A DNA stretch of 56,788 nucleotides, counting the filler, from Platydemus manokwari (taxonomy: Eukaryota): the NCBI GenBank assembly GCA_037951405.1. It is 5 parts of 5 records of this genome, joined end to end, with 100 filler letters (N's around TTAATTAATTAA, not from the genome) between each part and the next. Parts side by side here need not be neighbours in the genome. Positions count along the whole stretch, not along the records: positions 1 to 14,649 come from JBBMOY011425866.1; positions 14,750 to 24,750 come from JBBMOY011180323.1; 3 more parts are not named here. The stretch is one strand, 5' to 3'. The position numbers were made by a program, and so were the translations under genes. Below the pieces are notes generated by a model. The model was not told where the DNA came from and did no database searches. It worked only from the letters and a program-made list of their open reading frames with translations. This document shows positions 11,130-24,850 of the stretch, piece by piece; position 1 is the first letter of the stretch, and each line of letters opens with the position of its first letter.

Positions 11130-12960
11130 TTACAGCTTAATTAATATTTCTTTTGCCTGAGATATTTCATCCTTCTCCACTAATTGTACCATCTTATTTA
11201 CTTTCTCCACTATCGTTAATGGTTTGTTTTCCTTATTCTTCTTCTTATTAAAATCTTCATATTCTATATTCATGCACACTACCTTGGGATCGACTACTTC
11301 TGCTAATCGAGTTGATAAATTTGCTAATTCTTTCCTTAACGTCTCCACATCGCTATGCGCCACTGCTTCTATTGCTTTTTGGGATTCTTGTGAATTATTC
11401 TGCCTTTGCCTGCATGTGGTTATGGTGTGTCCAAATTTGTTACAACATTCACACTGGATTCTTTTGTTGCTATTCATCCTGTCTCTCCCATAATTAATAT
11501 ATTTTGTTTGATTGCTGTTATAATTTCTCTTATTGTATCCTTCTGCTGACTGACTTCTGGGTCTATTAGCCCTTTGCATTTCATTATTATAATAATTATT
11601 GTAATTGCCTTTATAGTTCCTCCCTTGATTATCAAAATTTTGACTGTTAAATTGTGCATACTTATTGTTATTCCCCCTGGAAATGCGATTATTCGCTGGG
11701 CTTCTGCTCACATTATCATTATTATTCCTATTTTGACATCCATTTCTATCACCGTTATACCTATTGTCACTATATCTTTGGTAATTTCGCCTATAATTAT
11801 TATTGTTATATCTTCGATATCCATTATCATTGTATCTTCGATCACTTTGTCGATAATTAAATTAAATAATTACTATAATTATTATTCCTATTGTTGTCCT
11901 GATTTCTCGCGTACTCTTTATTAACATTCCACTTCGGGCTATCTTGAAATTGTGTCAAAATTCTACTCAATTCGGACCATTTCACATTCAAATCAGGGTT
12001 TTTTTGTCTTCCTTAGTCACCCTTTGACTCGACTTTGGCGGCGAGCTTAATCGCTCCGGTTCCGCAAATGTTATGGCATTCACCGCAGGGAAACTCATCC
12101 CACAGTGAGGATTTGTAGAAAAACCCATGCCACAAGTTAATTTCAATTGGCGCGCTTTTAATATCAAATCTTCTAATGTTGAGCATTCTGCTATTGCCAG
12201 CGTGCTCTTGAATGCACTGTTAATTCCCCTTTTAAATTGGTCCATAATTATTCTTCTTCTTCCATCTTTTGTGATCAATGTATCATCATATGCCTTTTCC
12301 GCTAACTTGGTCAACTCCATTGCATATTCTTGTTCTCCTTCTCCTGAACGCTGATATCGATCCAAAAATTGTCTGACATAATATTCGAATCCAATACTAT
12401 TCCCTTAATTATATCCTTAAAAGTTACTTCTTTCCCTTGTAAATTTTTATCTGCCTGCATCATCTGTTGATGCTCTTGGAGGGCATAGCCCTTTAAATAT
12501 AGCGGCAACCGCATTATTTTATTATTATTATTCCATCCATAAGCCGTAGCAATCCGCTCGAACTCATCAAAAAAATCGACAAACAATTCTTGCAGACCCT
12601 CAAATGGGGTTATAGGCAAATAAATTAATTTACCGAACTCATTGTTAGACATATTACTATTATTATTATTACTATTATTCTAATTATTACTCTCGTTACT
12701 CATATCTTCGTCTCTATGTATTTCTATATCACTATCAATTATTATTTTTCGTAAACTTAAATCACTATTTTCTTTAGAATTTGAATTACTATCCCCCGAT
12801 TGTGTCGTGTGTTCACTTATATCACCACTTATTTGTATTTCGTTTAGACTATACGTTGATTCAGTATCTATTTTTTCCCTTGCTAACGATTGACTTCTTG
12901 ATAAACTTCGGTTATTATTCGAGTATCTTGTGCCTCTTTTATTAACTTCGCTATATCACT
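11130..12960 (-). pseudogene. gag: gag (capsid-like domain, N/R/Y-rich linker, CCHC zinc knuckle)
   Basis: ITPFEG..FFDEFERIATAYGWNNNNKIMRLPLYLKGYA and QRSGE..EYAMELTKLAEKAY..DQFKRGI are Gypsy capsid signatures. CECCNKFGHTITTC is a CX2CX4HX4C knuckle at 11412-11453. Frameshifted. Confidence 0.9.
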
Positions 12961-14578
12961 TATAAATTCCCTTCTCTTAGACAGTTTGACTGTATTTATT
13001 ATACCAGTATAACAATATATAAAATAATATGTATGATTACGTAATCAATAACTTTCAAAATATAGAATATACAATTTTAGTTCTATCAAGCAAATATTTG
13101 CAAATATTTTAATAAACACTTGATTTATTATCTACTCAATTGATTACTATTACAATCGACTGACTCAATTGATTCAACCCTAATCTGGATTCAATCAATT
13201 CAGCTCACATTAAATTTAATCAATTCAAGCAATTTATTGCTCCTCTTCTCCCTTAGAAATAAGTTCGAGGCACCACTTTTTATTAAATAAAATTTTTGTT
13301 TTTTTTTGTTTTTTCGAGTCGCGCTTGGGGCTTCAACAACCGGTATTGAAGACCGAACTGTTGGAAAATAGTTTAATATTAAGTTGAGAATTGAGCGCAA
13401 AGGAAACTGAGTCATTTTGAGCCTGAAAAGTAATCATATGTGATTACGAAAACCTCTCTCAATGATTATCAGCCAAAATAATAAATGATCTGTTTAAATA
13501 TGTGATGTTATGATTCTCCCTTGATCAGCTTTTATTTGTATCAATAGATTCAATGAATTATATAGAAACCGAACGCGATGATGGGTTTAAAAATATCTAT
13601 TTGAGAAAATTGAGTTGAACAATTATTATGAAAAAGAGCGTAAAGGTATTGGAATAATATCCCGTCCTCGCCTCAGCGATTAACAGGTAATCCATGCAAC
13701 GGACGAAGATATTAAAAAAATGCGGAGAGAGTTATTATCGTTAGCACTTCTAATATAAAACCAACTGTAAAGTTAGAATTAATTATCAATGGTTATAGTA
13801 TTATTATAAATGAGCAAAATATTAGTGATAATTGACTTTATAAACTATTATTAACAGACACAATAATTATTCTAAGTGAGCAATAATGAATAATGAAAAC
13901 AAAACAATAAGGTTAATAATTCTTAATATTAGCTCTTGAATGAAAGTATCTCCCAAATAAAAACTCCTATTTCGATAAATATCCACTTAGCGTCGTTAAA
14001 TTTCCCGCAATTAATCTTTTTTTTCCGGCCAAAAAGTCTCTTCGCTTTAAAGTGCTTCTTCATTTAATACCAAATGCTTCTCTTGATAAGTTGTAATAAT
14101 TCCTTTCTATTCTGTCACAACTTAACTCGTAAATTAATGTGTTTGTTATGGATATTCTTCTATGACCAGCGCCGCTATTTATACGCGCCTGGTCATGTCC
14201 ATTTTTCTCTCACAGCTTTTCATGACGAATTTTCTCACTTAGCTTCCTGTTTAATTTTACTTTGTTTGATTTTTCTCACCGATTTTTCACTTACAGTTCA
14301 TGTTAAATTTTATTTTGATTAATTTTTCTCATCAACTTTCCTTCATATTCCAACTAGATAATTTACCGGCTTTACCTAATTTAACCTTATTATCTATTTT
14401 AATTAATATTTCTTATATTAACTTGCCTTCTTTTAACTTTGGTATTTATTATTAATGTTATTATTTATCTTTATAAGTTATTATCAATTTTATTATTTAT
14501 TATTTTGTTTATTATTGATTTTATTATTTATTATTTATTTAACTATTTTAACCTCTTCGCTTCGTTCATCTCCTCCGT

Positions 14579-14649
14579 TGTTAGATTTTTGACATAATAC
14601 ATAAAACAATAAATAAAACACTCAATAATAAGAGAACAATTCAATACCA
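14579..14649 (-). repeat. Candidate inner (U5) end of 5' LTR, truncated by assembly gap
   Basis: TGTTAGATTTTTGACAT matches 2942. The adjacent minus-strand CGGAGGAGATG resembles a tRNA-Ala PBS (TGGTGGAGATG) with 2 mismatches. Confidence 0.4.
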
Positions 14650-14749
14650 NNNNNNNNNNNNNNNNNNNNNNNNNNNNNNNNNNNNNNNNNNNNTTAATTA
14701 ATTAANNNNNNNNNNNNNNNNNNNNNNNNNNNNNNNNNNNNNNNNNNNN
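14650..14749. other. Assembly gap with TTAATTAATTAA linker
   Basis: N-run flanking an all-frame-stop linker; same layout at four sites. Confidence 0.98.
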
Positions 14750-17170
14750 GATATGGAATCAGCGTCCGAAAATCTACCAGAATAGATATAAATGAACCAA
14801 ACAACTAAAACCATGTCTACCAGTGTAATACAAAACAATAAAATATATTTGCTTTATTTAAAATGAATTTGTAACATCTAGCAGATCATATATAATTCTG
14901 TAGTATAAGCACAGTAGCTACTAGAGAAAAACAAAGAGCTTGGTAATCGGACAAGCCTCTTTATAACAAATACAAGTGGAAAATCAAAGAGTAAGTTGTT
15001 TATCGGATTTTAAAAGATCACAAGGTAAGAAATAGTTAAGTATAGCAACAACAACATATTAACTCATCTGCTTAAAAATCTTTGGAATGATTTCTTTTGA
15101 ATAATAAATAAAATTACACTGCAAAAGAATAAGGCAATAATAATAGGATTCGTTCGAATAAATTTTCAAATTATGCTATGCCTAAAATTTCTGTAAGTTC
15201 AGATTTGTACGATACTTTTTGTGGATGGATTGACTAGTGTCAATCTATTAAAATTTTTATTCACATATTATTTCAATTTATTTCATGTATATGTTTAATG
15301 TTAGGTCGCAATTTTTAATAATATTCTATGTTTAGTATCATGTTACTATTTTTAGTGCTCGACATATATAAGTTACTGTTTTAAGGTAAAGTTGCTATTT
15401 ATAGTAACATTTGTAGTTATTTTATTTTTGGACATGACATGGCTTTTATTTTTCGATTTCGGTCGAGTTTTTTTAAGATCTTGAGGTCGATTAAACAATT
15501 TTTAATTTTGATGCTATCAAACAAATTTTAAAATTTTACGTTTTTTATTTGTTCAAAAATTTAATTTTAGTCTTATTCTATTTCAAGATATTTTAATACT
15601 TATTACTTGTGATTAATTGTGGCTCAGATGGCTCGGATGATTTCACACAACTCAGACTCCAGTTTGTTTTTTACGTTGACTTCGGCTTCGATTTTATAAC
15701 ATAATACAATAAATAAAAAATATCTAAGCAGCAGATATGAGATGTATTTATAATTCAGAAATCTTTATAGCTTATAATTTCTAGAAATTCATCATTTGAA
15801 AGAAAATGTAAAATTAAAATTAATTAAATTATTTAATTCTAATTTAAATTAATTTTAAAGGAGTTGTAGTTTTTATTATTGAATAAGTTCATTTATCTTT
15901 TTATTTCAGTTTCCATGATACATATTTTAATATTCTATCGATTTATTACAATATTAATTTATTAAATTAAATATTCAAATAATTTAATCAATACATAAAT
16001 TTCCAACTAATAATTTTAATAACTTATTAAATGATTACATCACATCAAAAATTATGAAAATCTTATTCATTTAATTATAAAATTTAATTAAATTCAAAAT
16101 AGGAAAGAGTGGTTTCAATCTTTTAATTTTTACATCACAATTAAACTCCTCGGTCAAGTCATGGACCCCTATTGTTATTACATTTTGAGTCAACGTAAAC
16201 ATATTTGTCAAAAACAAATTTGTCACTATTATAGAACGTCCATTTCAAAACAGCGATTTTGCTTGGACTACCAACTTCAATAAAATTGAAATAAATACCA
16301 CTTGTTCAAAACAGACAATCGGTATTCATCTCCGGTGACAAATCATTATAATTTATTTGCATAATTATAACAAATAAACATCAATGTTTTGATAAACTCG
16401 ACAAGCAATAATAAACTTCAATTTATTATGATGAATTTTTGTCTAATAAGAATAAAAGATTCCGTATCAAAAATTTTTTAGATTATTTTATTATTAGATT
16501 CTATTATATTAATTTTATCGGGGATTTCCTCACAGAAATTTCAATTATTTCCATATTTAATCACGGTACAATAAATTCAATTTCAACAATTGATAAGGAA
16601 AAGACTTATTTGACTTATTTGATATGGAAACGGCAATGTCTTTCATCGACTTGCTTTCATTAATTACCATTAACAATGGTTAAATAATTGCGACAAAACA
16701 TTGTTCAACAAAAGAAAACACAACTGAAATATCAATTTAATTAATTAAAATTTTGTTTGAATGCAGTTGAATGATGAAATATTTTATTCCAATTTTCCGT
16801 CTATTAGAGAATGAGAGTGAGTCATTCAGTCAATAATTCTCATGCTATCTTTGAATCGACGAACCAGAGTTGTTTGTATTCAGCTTCACAGGTCTGATTA
16901 CACCGCAATACGTTTCGGAACCATAGCAAAATTATTCTAAAATCAATATTTTAAAAATATATTAAATACTGCTTATTAGATCGATACGTGCCTAACATTT
17001 ACCCAGAGTAAATTAAATAATGAAAAATTTACCTAATTTAATCAGAAATTAAGGAACAAAAATTGCGAATAGAATCAAAAATAAAAACTAATAAAAAATT
17101 AAAAAAAGTGAAAAAGTATTCAATAATATGTGAAGTATTCATGAAATGCAAAAGACAAAAATATTATTAC

Positions 17171-17495
17171 TGTTGGGTCTATTTTCGGCAGAGCGCAAAA
17201 AATACTGGCTAGTTCCTATCTGACTCCAAAAATATAGTGTTGAACACTAAGACGTATTTTTAAAACAATTTTACAAATCGTTCGTTAATATTACAAACAA
17301 AACACAATCAAGCCTCAACCCTTATATACAAGTCAAATCACGGAACTAGTTCGCTCAAAAATTTGGGCTACCGGGCTAGGAGATACTCATGGCCTATACT
17401 ACAATACAAGCGTGCATAACTATAGTTACTGACACACTACTCTAACTTCTTTCTGGTTACCGATATTCGGGAATGACATCATCGAATATCGCACA
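17171..17495. mobile_element. Solo LTR candidate (325 bp)
   Basis: Starts TGT and ends ACA. Flanked by ATTAC/ATTAT (4 of 5 TSD match). GC-richer than its flanks, with a TATA-like cttatata. Confidence 0.6.
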
Positions 17496-19702
17496 ATTAT
17501 ATTATAAAGTCTAATCGAATTATTTAAATTAAATTAAATTATATTAAATTAAATTAAATTATATTTAATTACACAATTATATTTAATTATAATTATTAAA
17601 ATAAATTAATATATAAAAACGAATTATAAAATTTTATAAATTCCTCATTATTTTGAAATTCTCACAATATTAAAAATATATAAATATAAGTAACAGTTAT
17701 GTCTATATCGAACCTGAACTCGAAGGGATGTGCGATGAAAGTTAGTATTAAAAGAGTGGTGGCAATTCGTTAAAATTATTATTCAACCTGTTTACGGAGG
17801 CATAATAAGATGTATTATATAATATAATATTATTTCAACACTAGCACTTTATTACTGTGAAGTTGTAGAGAGAGTATTTGTCAATGCAGAACTAACGTTA
17901 TTGTAACAAGAGCATCGTGATAGTAACCAAAAGGAGACTCTGTGCTAGTATTTCCAACAGAAGTGTCAGGACCAGGTCCTTGTTAATCAACCAGGTTTCT
18001 ACACTGGTGATTTTGTTTAATTTCTCTATGATTACTATAAATACATGTTATTTTAAATAGAAGCGTTTGTTTTTACTGAGTATGTACTAAGAAAAGAAAT
18101 GAGCCACATTTAAAATAAATTAGAGCCGCTAAGTTTGATGATTTTCAAACTCATCGAAATAAATAAATATTATCTGCATTAATATTTAAATAATAAAACA
18201 AAGTTAGTTCCATTCTTGTTATCAATTAATACATTTATGACGATTTTAATCATAATAAATTTAATTTTTTTGTTTTTTATATATGTAAAATTTTATAATA
18301 AAATAAAATAAATAGTTTACGAACAATGAAACTGTTTTACTGATAAATACCAGTAGATTTATTTCCATATTTTATTTCAAATAATATTATCAAATATGAA
18401 ATAATAAAAAAAACAACTCATCAGATTACTGACTATTATCAATAGAAACTAAAAGTTTATTTAGTGTTAAGTTGCTTAGTGAATCCTTATATTTAATAAC
18501 AAAAATTATGAGCTAACATTGCCTCGATTTTATTTCTATTTAATGATTATTCTATATTATCAGTTAATTTTCTTCATACTGTGGATATTTGTGTCGACAA
18601 ACCTCTTTGGTTTCTTTCAGTGTAATGGTGATTTAAAAAAATACTCAAAAAGATCTAAAGAATTCGAGATATACATTAACTTTTCAAACACCCTTCATGT
18701 AATATTTTTTAAGAATTCCTTTTTGTTTTAATTTCATTATTATTTCGTTTTTTCTTGTTAATTTTAATGAAAAAAGAATTTTAATAATTTAATTTAAAAC
18801 CAAGATTTGTTTTACCACCTCATTATAAATAGATACAATGTAATACATTGATTTGTACGTCCGCACAGGTTTATGGTACAATATGAATACTAATAAGAAA
18901 TATACAAAGTATATACATATAAAACAATGAGCTGATACCTATCACCAAGTGTAATGTTAACTGTGAATTCAATCTCAAATTTACGTCCATTGGAATTTAT
19001 AACTGCAGGACAATGGAATTATAACATGAGGAACAAAAATGAACTTTTTATTAGAAAAAACAAATATGATGACAATATAATTTAGTAAAAAGACAATTAA
19101 TAAAATAAAACTCGACCAATGCGGTCATTAGGCCTGTCGTCATACAGGAAGTTATTAAAAAATTTAATTTATTTAAAATTAATTTATCTTATTTGTCCTT
19201 TGAAGAAATTCATTTACCAATTTATTTTCTAAATTATCTTTTCGAGTAATATTTTGAACTGCGATATATTATGTTCCTGACCACAGTATCTTCTAATTTC
19301 TTTTAGAAATTGTCATCTTTCTACTACCGGTTAAATTGTGCTCTCTGATTGATTTTGCAACTATCAATTACTTTTGTTCCTTGTCCGTTATTACTTATCA
19401 ATTCATTTTTATTTATTGGCTCCAGTTTCTCTTATCTATTACCAGCTGGTATCAAATCACGCAATCTATAATGTTTATTTGATTTATTGTCTTAAGATTT
19501 TGTGCGATATTAATTCATTTATCACACGTTCTTTGGAATATTTTAGACAGCTTTAAATTTATTCTCGTGCCTTAAATTTCCATCTTTATATTTATTAACA
19601 TCAATACAAAAATTAAAATTTTTCCTCACTAATATTTAACTAAATGCTTAATAAAATTATTTTCCATTAACTAAATTACTAAAATTATCCTTTAATTAAA
19701 TA

Positions 19703-19750
19703 GTCTTAAGTTAAGAAAAGGGGTTCTTTGACACATTTTCGTAATAATGA
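19703..19750 (+). repeat. Orphan terminus related to the Merlin family TIR
   Basis: GTCTTAAGTTAAGAAAAGGGGTTCTTTGAC matches 24519 and the termini at 45267(-) and 56346(+). Confidence 0.5.
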
Positions 19751-21800
19751 ATTTTTTCACTTAAGATAATTTTATAATTTAATTTCATATATAATTGCGT
19801 TGTTTGATTTATTCGAATAATTCAGTTAATATCTCATTTTCCAGGATGTTAATTAGGAACAAAAATTATTTTTTAAATCAAATTTTTATTCCAATCACAA
19901 CATTTCTGTGTAATTATTTGACTACAGACATGCTTAATAATATCATTGCTTATTTTTATAAAATTATTGTAAAAATTCAGAGTATCTCTCAATTTTTTTT
20001 AATGTAACAAAGACGTTCACTCTAATTTTCCATAAATTGCAACTTGATATACTTTGATCTTTTTTTATCAAATAATCAAGTTTTTGGTGATTTTTAAGGT
20101 CTAGTGTATTTAATATTTTATTACAAACAACTAAAATTCTTCTTAAATACTTAAATCATAAATTCAAATTTTTTTTAAAGAATATAATTAAATAAACTAA
20201 CTGATTTTTACAATGCACTCAACAAATTTAAAATTTTATTTTTGTCAGCAATTCTTATAATTGTAAGAAACCACTATAATTATCAACATTTAATAATGTC
20301 AAATAGTTAAGAGTCATAATAATAGGAATGGAAATAAATTGATAATTTCTGTTATTTGGAATTTTCGTCATGAAATTTACGATCACATAAATCAAGAGAT
20401 AACCTCGAGCTATAGGCTATTATGGTTACTCTTGAATTTCGAAATGCAATCAATCTAATCCGTTTCATTTTTAATTTCCCAGGCTAGATCATACTTATTT
20501 CAGATATTATCATGCTGAACACCATCAATCTTCGTTACTTAATGTTGCATAGGCTTAATGGAAGATTTATTCTATCAATTCAATTGTATCTCGTATCCTT
20601 TAACAATACCATTTGAAAATTAAATCAAATATTATTAATCTCCATTTCGACGATATCCAGTGAAATGATACTCACGATTTAATGAAATATTATTTAATGA
20701 ATCTTCAGTGGTCATGCAAGGGTTTCAATTTTAATTCGACAAATTGAAATTTTTTCTAATTTCTCATCTTGAGCTTTATTAAAATTTATCTTACTTTAAA
20801 ATAAAATTTATGAAATTCTTCTGAATTTTATCGATTAAATTTAAAATATAATATTTCCATTTTACGAAAGGCTTTTCGTGGAAAATGTAGAAATGATAAT
20901 TTTCTATTGGCCCAGACTCATTGAAAAGGTAATCAATAATTATATATATATATACACCAGGTTTTTGTTTAAATTTCAAGTACTTGTTTTGAATGTTTGT
21001 TTTATAGAGATGCTCCTATCAACATGGTATCAATTTTATCCAGCTTTTTTGAATAAATAAATTATCATAATAATGATCATAAAGCTCAATTTTTACGGGC
21101 ATTTGAGGCACAATGGTAAATTATAGTAAGATTTAAGAAATTTTTTCAACCCATCAGTTAAATACAAATGAAGAAACAGAGTCAAGGTTCTTTGTAATAC
21201 TAATGAAGTACTAGAAAGAACATAAAAGTTGCTCTTGCCTATCAGTTGGGATTGTTATTAGTTCAGACAACGGAAGCTCATAATTATAATACAGTGACCA
21301 TGTTCACAAAATATTGAAAATGTGACAGACAACCGAAGCAAAGAAGTTTGAAATAAAAATGAATTGAGACTGTGGGTAGAAAAAGAAAAAAATTCTAAAA
21401 CAAAATAAGATATTCGTCTTACTACAAATTGGACATCGTTCATCAAAATGTCAAGATAATAATTTTGGTTTGAAATTCCAAATAATGATTTCAAATTTCT
21501 TCAGAATGATTGGGATTGAAGAAATCAATCTCACTTCAACTGGTGGAAATTCACGTGAACTCAAATAATAAACGACAGGAAATCATCAATCTCATTCGTA
21601 ACAGATCCGAAACATTCCACGAATAACTCTTTATTAAATAAAGATACATTTTTGAAACATTGTTCCAATTCAGGCAGAATTCAATCTATTTTTCCTAGTC
21701 AGCATTAATTTAAAATTTATTTAAATTTAATATTAATTTACTAGAAGCATAATGTTTTCCAGGAAATGTATGATTTTATCATAATAATTTTCTATACATA

Positions 21801-22663
21801 CCGTGTGATTCATAACTCTCTGTCTCTTAAACTAAAATAAAACAACAAAACACTATATAATTAATACTCACATATTTATACTCATTGATATTAATTATTA
21901 TTCATTGATTAATGTACTTTATTTATTATTTCTTATTAATCAGTTACATTATTGCAATATGGCGGAAGCAGCTGATGATGTTAAATTTTCGCTTGCTGGG
22001 AGAGAGTTTATAGTTAGCCATGCAATAGTGTACCAGAGTAGTGTCAAAGCTTGCCAAGAATTCCAACAACATTTTAATCGCACACCACCAGCTAGGGCAA
22101 CGGTACAATATCGGAAACAGAAGTTTGAAGACACTGGAAACTTATCCATTAGGTTGCAATCATGAAGACCGTCTGATGAAATCATAAAGGAAAAGGTAGT
22201 AAATTTTGTAAAAGAGAATGATGTCATATATCAATGAGAAACTGCGCGAGTATGAATGACATCACAAATGAAACCTCTCAAATAGTCTTTTAATTAAGCA
22301 TTTGGAGAAGATGATCCCAATAGGAGGGTTGAATTCAGTTCTTGGATAGCCAATGAAAACAATGTCAATTTCCTTAGAAGCATTATTGTCTCAGATGAAG
22401 CTTCGTTTTGTACGAAAACACAATCCATTTTATTACGCTAAAGAGAATAAACATCGTGTGTTATGTGTACCGATTAAATCTCCTTGACTGACCGTTTGGG
22501 GAGCTATGCCGTACGATCTTGGTGTAACATTGAGTATCAGTATTGAAACAATGAACAAAGACCTGTATGTCATTGTTTCAAATCAAAAGTTGTTGCCATT
22601 AATTGGAAATGACAATCGACATTTTATTTCAGTTTTAGAGATGGAAACTTATGAATCACACGG
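21801..22663 (+). mobile_element. Internally deleted Tc1/mariner element with DUF4817-type HTH transposase remnant
   Basis: ~42-bp TIRs with 15 bp perfect (CCGTGTGATTCATAA), TA on both flanks. Transposase fragments: ACQEFQQHFNRTPPARATVQYRKQKFEDTGNL, DDPNRRVEFSSW, IIVSDEASF, LTVWGAM. The rest of the catalytic domain is missing. Confidence 0.88.
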
Positions 22664-24475
22664 TATATATACACATTTAATGTCTTAATTAAATCGTAGA
22701 GAACAGTTTCCAACCAATATTTAATTTTAAGCTGATACACTTTTGTTACATTATTTCTTTTCTTCATTATTCTAGTCTGTTCAGACAATTAATCTCTTTT
22801 GGCTGAGTCACTACAATTATCTCTTTGTGTGCTAATTTATGACCTATGTATATTAGCCATATATTTATTGTGCCTTCGATTCGACATTCGAGCAGTAATG
22901 TAGAGAATACGGTTATGACAAAAGTAGTGATTAATACATTTTGAGTTAATTAAAAGATGCTTTCATCTCCAATTTCTATGAAGGTGATAAATTTTATAGA
23001 TTAATTTATAGATAAAAATTTGTAGATAATGATGTCAGCCTTAACACAGTCTCAATGAACAACGAAAACCCTTTACAAATCAAAGATTTTTTAAAATAAA
23101 ATTAAACTTAGTAGCTCCACTGTCAAAATTGTACACTATGACGATAAATTCTCGAAAAGAGACCGAGTTATAATCCCTTCGTGATTTTTGGGATAACTTA
23201 AATTTCCGAACTCAGCTATGCTCAACAACAATTAAATATGCAAAACGGTATAGGTGGCATTATGAGATTTTACAAAAGAATACTCTTTCTTTGGTTGAAT
23301 TGATATTTTGATCGAATTGAACGAATATTGAAGATTGCTTTTCAACTTCTGGACATACAAAATGATGTCTTCGATTCCATAACACTGACGAGTATCGAAT
23401 AATTTGAACATCTGTAGCTGATTCATGTGGTTAACAAAATTGGGGAGTGTGTACTTATTGATATTGCCAGTTCATTTATAATTGTTATTTCGTCGAGTAA
23501 ATAATGAGAGTAATTATTCAGAAATACTATTCAGTATTTTAATAATAATCATGTTCCAGTTGCCATATAGATTAAGTACGGTTTTTAATCATGTCAATTT
23601 TGTTACCGAATGGGAAGGTGGAAATTATACACGGATGGCTTTCGACTAAATGAAGATTAGATAGATTTGATATAAGGGTGATTTTCTCACGTAATCTTTC
23701 TGAAAGTATTTTCACAAAATTACAAAATTAATTATGACATTTTTATTCATTCGAGATGTCCAGGAATAATCACTTAACACTTATCAATCAATGCGATAAA
23801 ACATTTCATAAAACACAGTCTAACACTTGGTCTTCAGCTGGTATTTGGCATTTTTACATCGATATTTATGCTTGAGACTTGCCTGTAATTTTTGTATCAC
23901 GTTTTGATTTGATCTTTTATTTCTTAAGTTACTTTTGAATATATTGATTTTTTAATACTCGGGATTGATTGTTTTTGATTATTTTCAATAAAAGTATGGA
24001 TGGAATTTGATGACATCTGTGATAATTTATTAACTGTGATGGTCGATATATGGTTTTGTGTTTGACTTCGAGTTATATATAACAATAAAAATTTTTGAAA
24101 ACGAATAAATTTTATTTGATTATCAATGCAATAGGATATACAATAAGTTATACAATAAGTTATACAATAAGATCATTAAAATCCTAACAATTACAAATTA
24201 TCTAAATTGTGTTATCTTTAGACTACGAGATAAAATATTAGATCACCAAAAATGTACTATAAACCAGTTGTAATTTCATTATTGCTACTAGCATAATAAT
24301 TGCTAATTACTGAAGTAGAGCACATAAAATAAACATAATCAATATAAAGTTTCGGCTCAGTATCAAGTAATTTTAATTATTTAATTTCTATATGTTAATC
24401 TCCACATCATTGTAAACACCTTCCACGGTGATAATCACACCAGTGAACATAAACTGTAAATTTAGCAATAATGCA

Positions 24476-24506
<31 letters not shown>

Positions 24507-24518
24507 TAAAGAATTTAA

Positions 24519-24570
24519 GGCTTAAGTTAAGAAAAAGGGTCCTTTGACCCAATTTTAAAGAAATGACTTT
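24519..24570 (+). repeat. Orphan terminus related to the Merlin family TIR
   Basis: GGCTTAAGTTAAGAAAAAGGGTCCTTTGAC; the element runs into the gap at 24751. Confidence 0.5.
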
Positions 24571-24750
24571 TCGTGAGTTTTTTATATTAAAATTTATTTC
24601 TAATGATTTTTTAATGAAATTTTTACATAAAATTCAATTTTAGATATATAACCAAAATTGAACTCTAACAGTAAAAAACAATGTATTCGATGCCCGCTAC
24701 TATTTTTGGAACTTTGAAAACATTCCTCGATGATTTCTATGACTATACTT

Positions 24751-24850
24751 NNNNNNNNNNNNNNNNNNNNNNNNNNNNNNNNNNNNNNNNNNNNTTAATT
24801 AATTAANNNNNNNNNNNNNNNNNNNNNNNNNNNNNNNNNNNNNNNNNNNN
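24751..24850. other. Assembly gap with TTAATTAATTAA linker
   Basis: N-run with artificial linker. Confidence 0.98.

Larger units (their letters stand above)
2942..14649 (-). mobile_element. Decayed large Ty3/Gypsy LTR retrotransposon with envelope-like gene (boundaries approximate; right end runs into assembly gap)
   Basis: Co-oriented minus-strand gag with CCHC knuckle, Gypsy-type RT and RNase H, and a cysteine-rich viral-type glycoprotein. The coding strand is continuously purine-rich from ~12960 to ~3300. A shared TGTTAGATTTT(T)GACAT terminus occurs at 2942 and 14579. Many stops, frameshifts and internal deletions. Confidence 0.85.

Noticed and set aside
3334-12354. Many hydrophobic Leu/Phe/Ser-rich + strand ORFs over the retroelement
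   Set aside because: Antisense shadows of the purine-rich minus-strand coding sequence.
16890-16930. ACGTTTCG as a possible hammerhead ribozyme half-core
   Set aside because: The matching CTGANGA strand is absent at suitable spacing.
18800-19030. Exon-intron-like pattern on minus strand (VINSNGRKFEIEFTVNITLGD)
   Set aside because: Splicing leads to an immediate stop; no supportable gene model.
24137-24500. 12-bp tandem repeat (TATACAATAAGT x3) and (CA)n microsatellite
   Set aside because: Ordinary simple repeats; no spacer structure, so not CRISPR-like.
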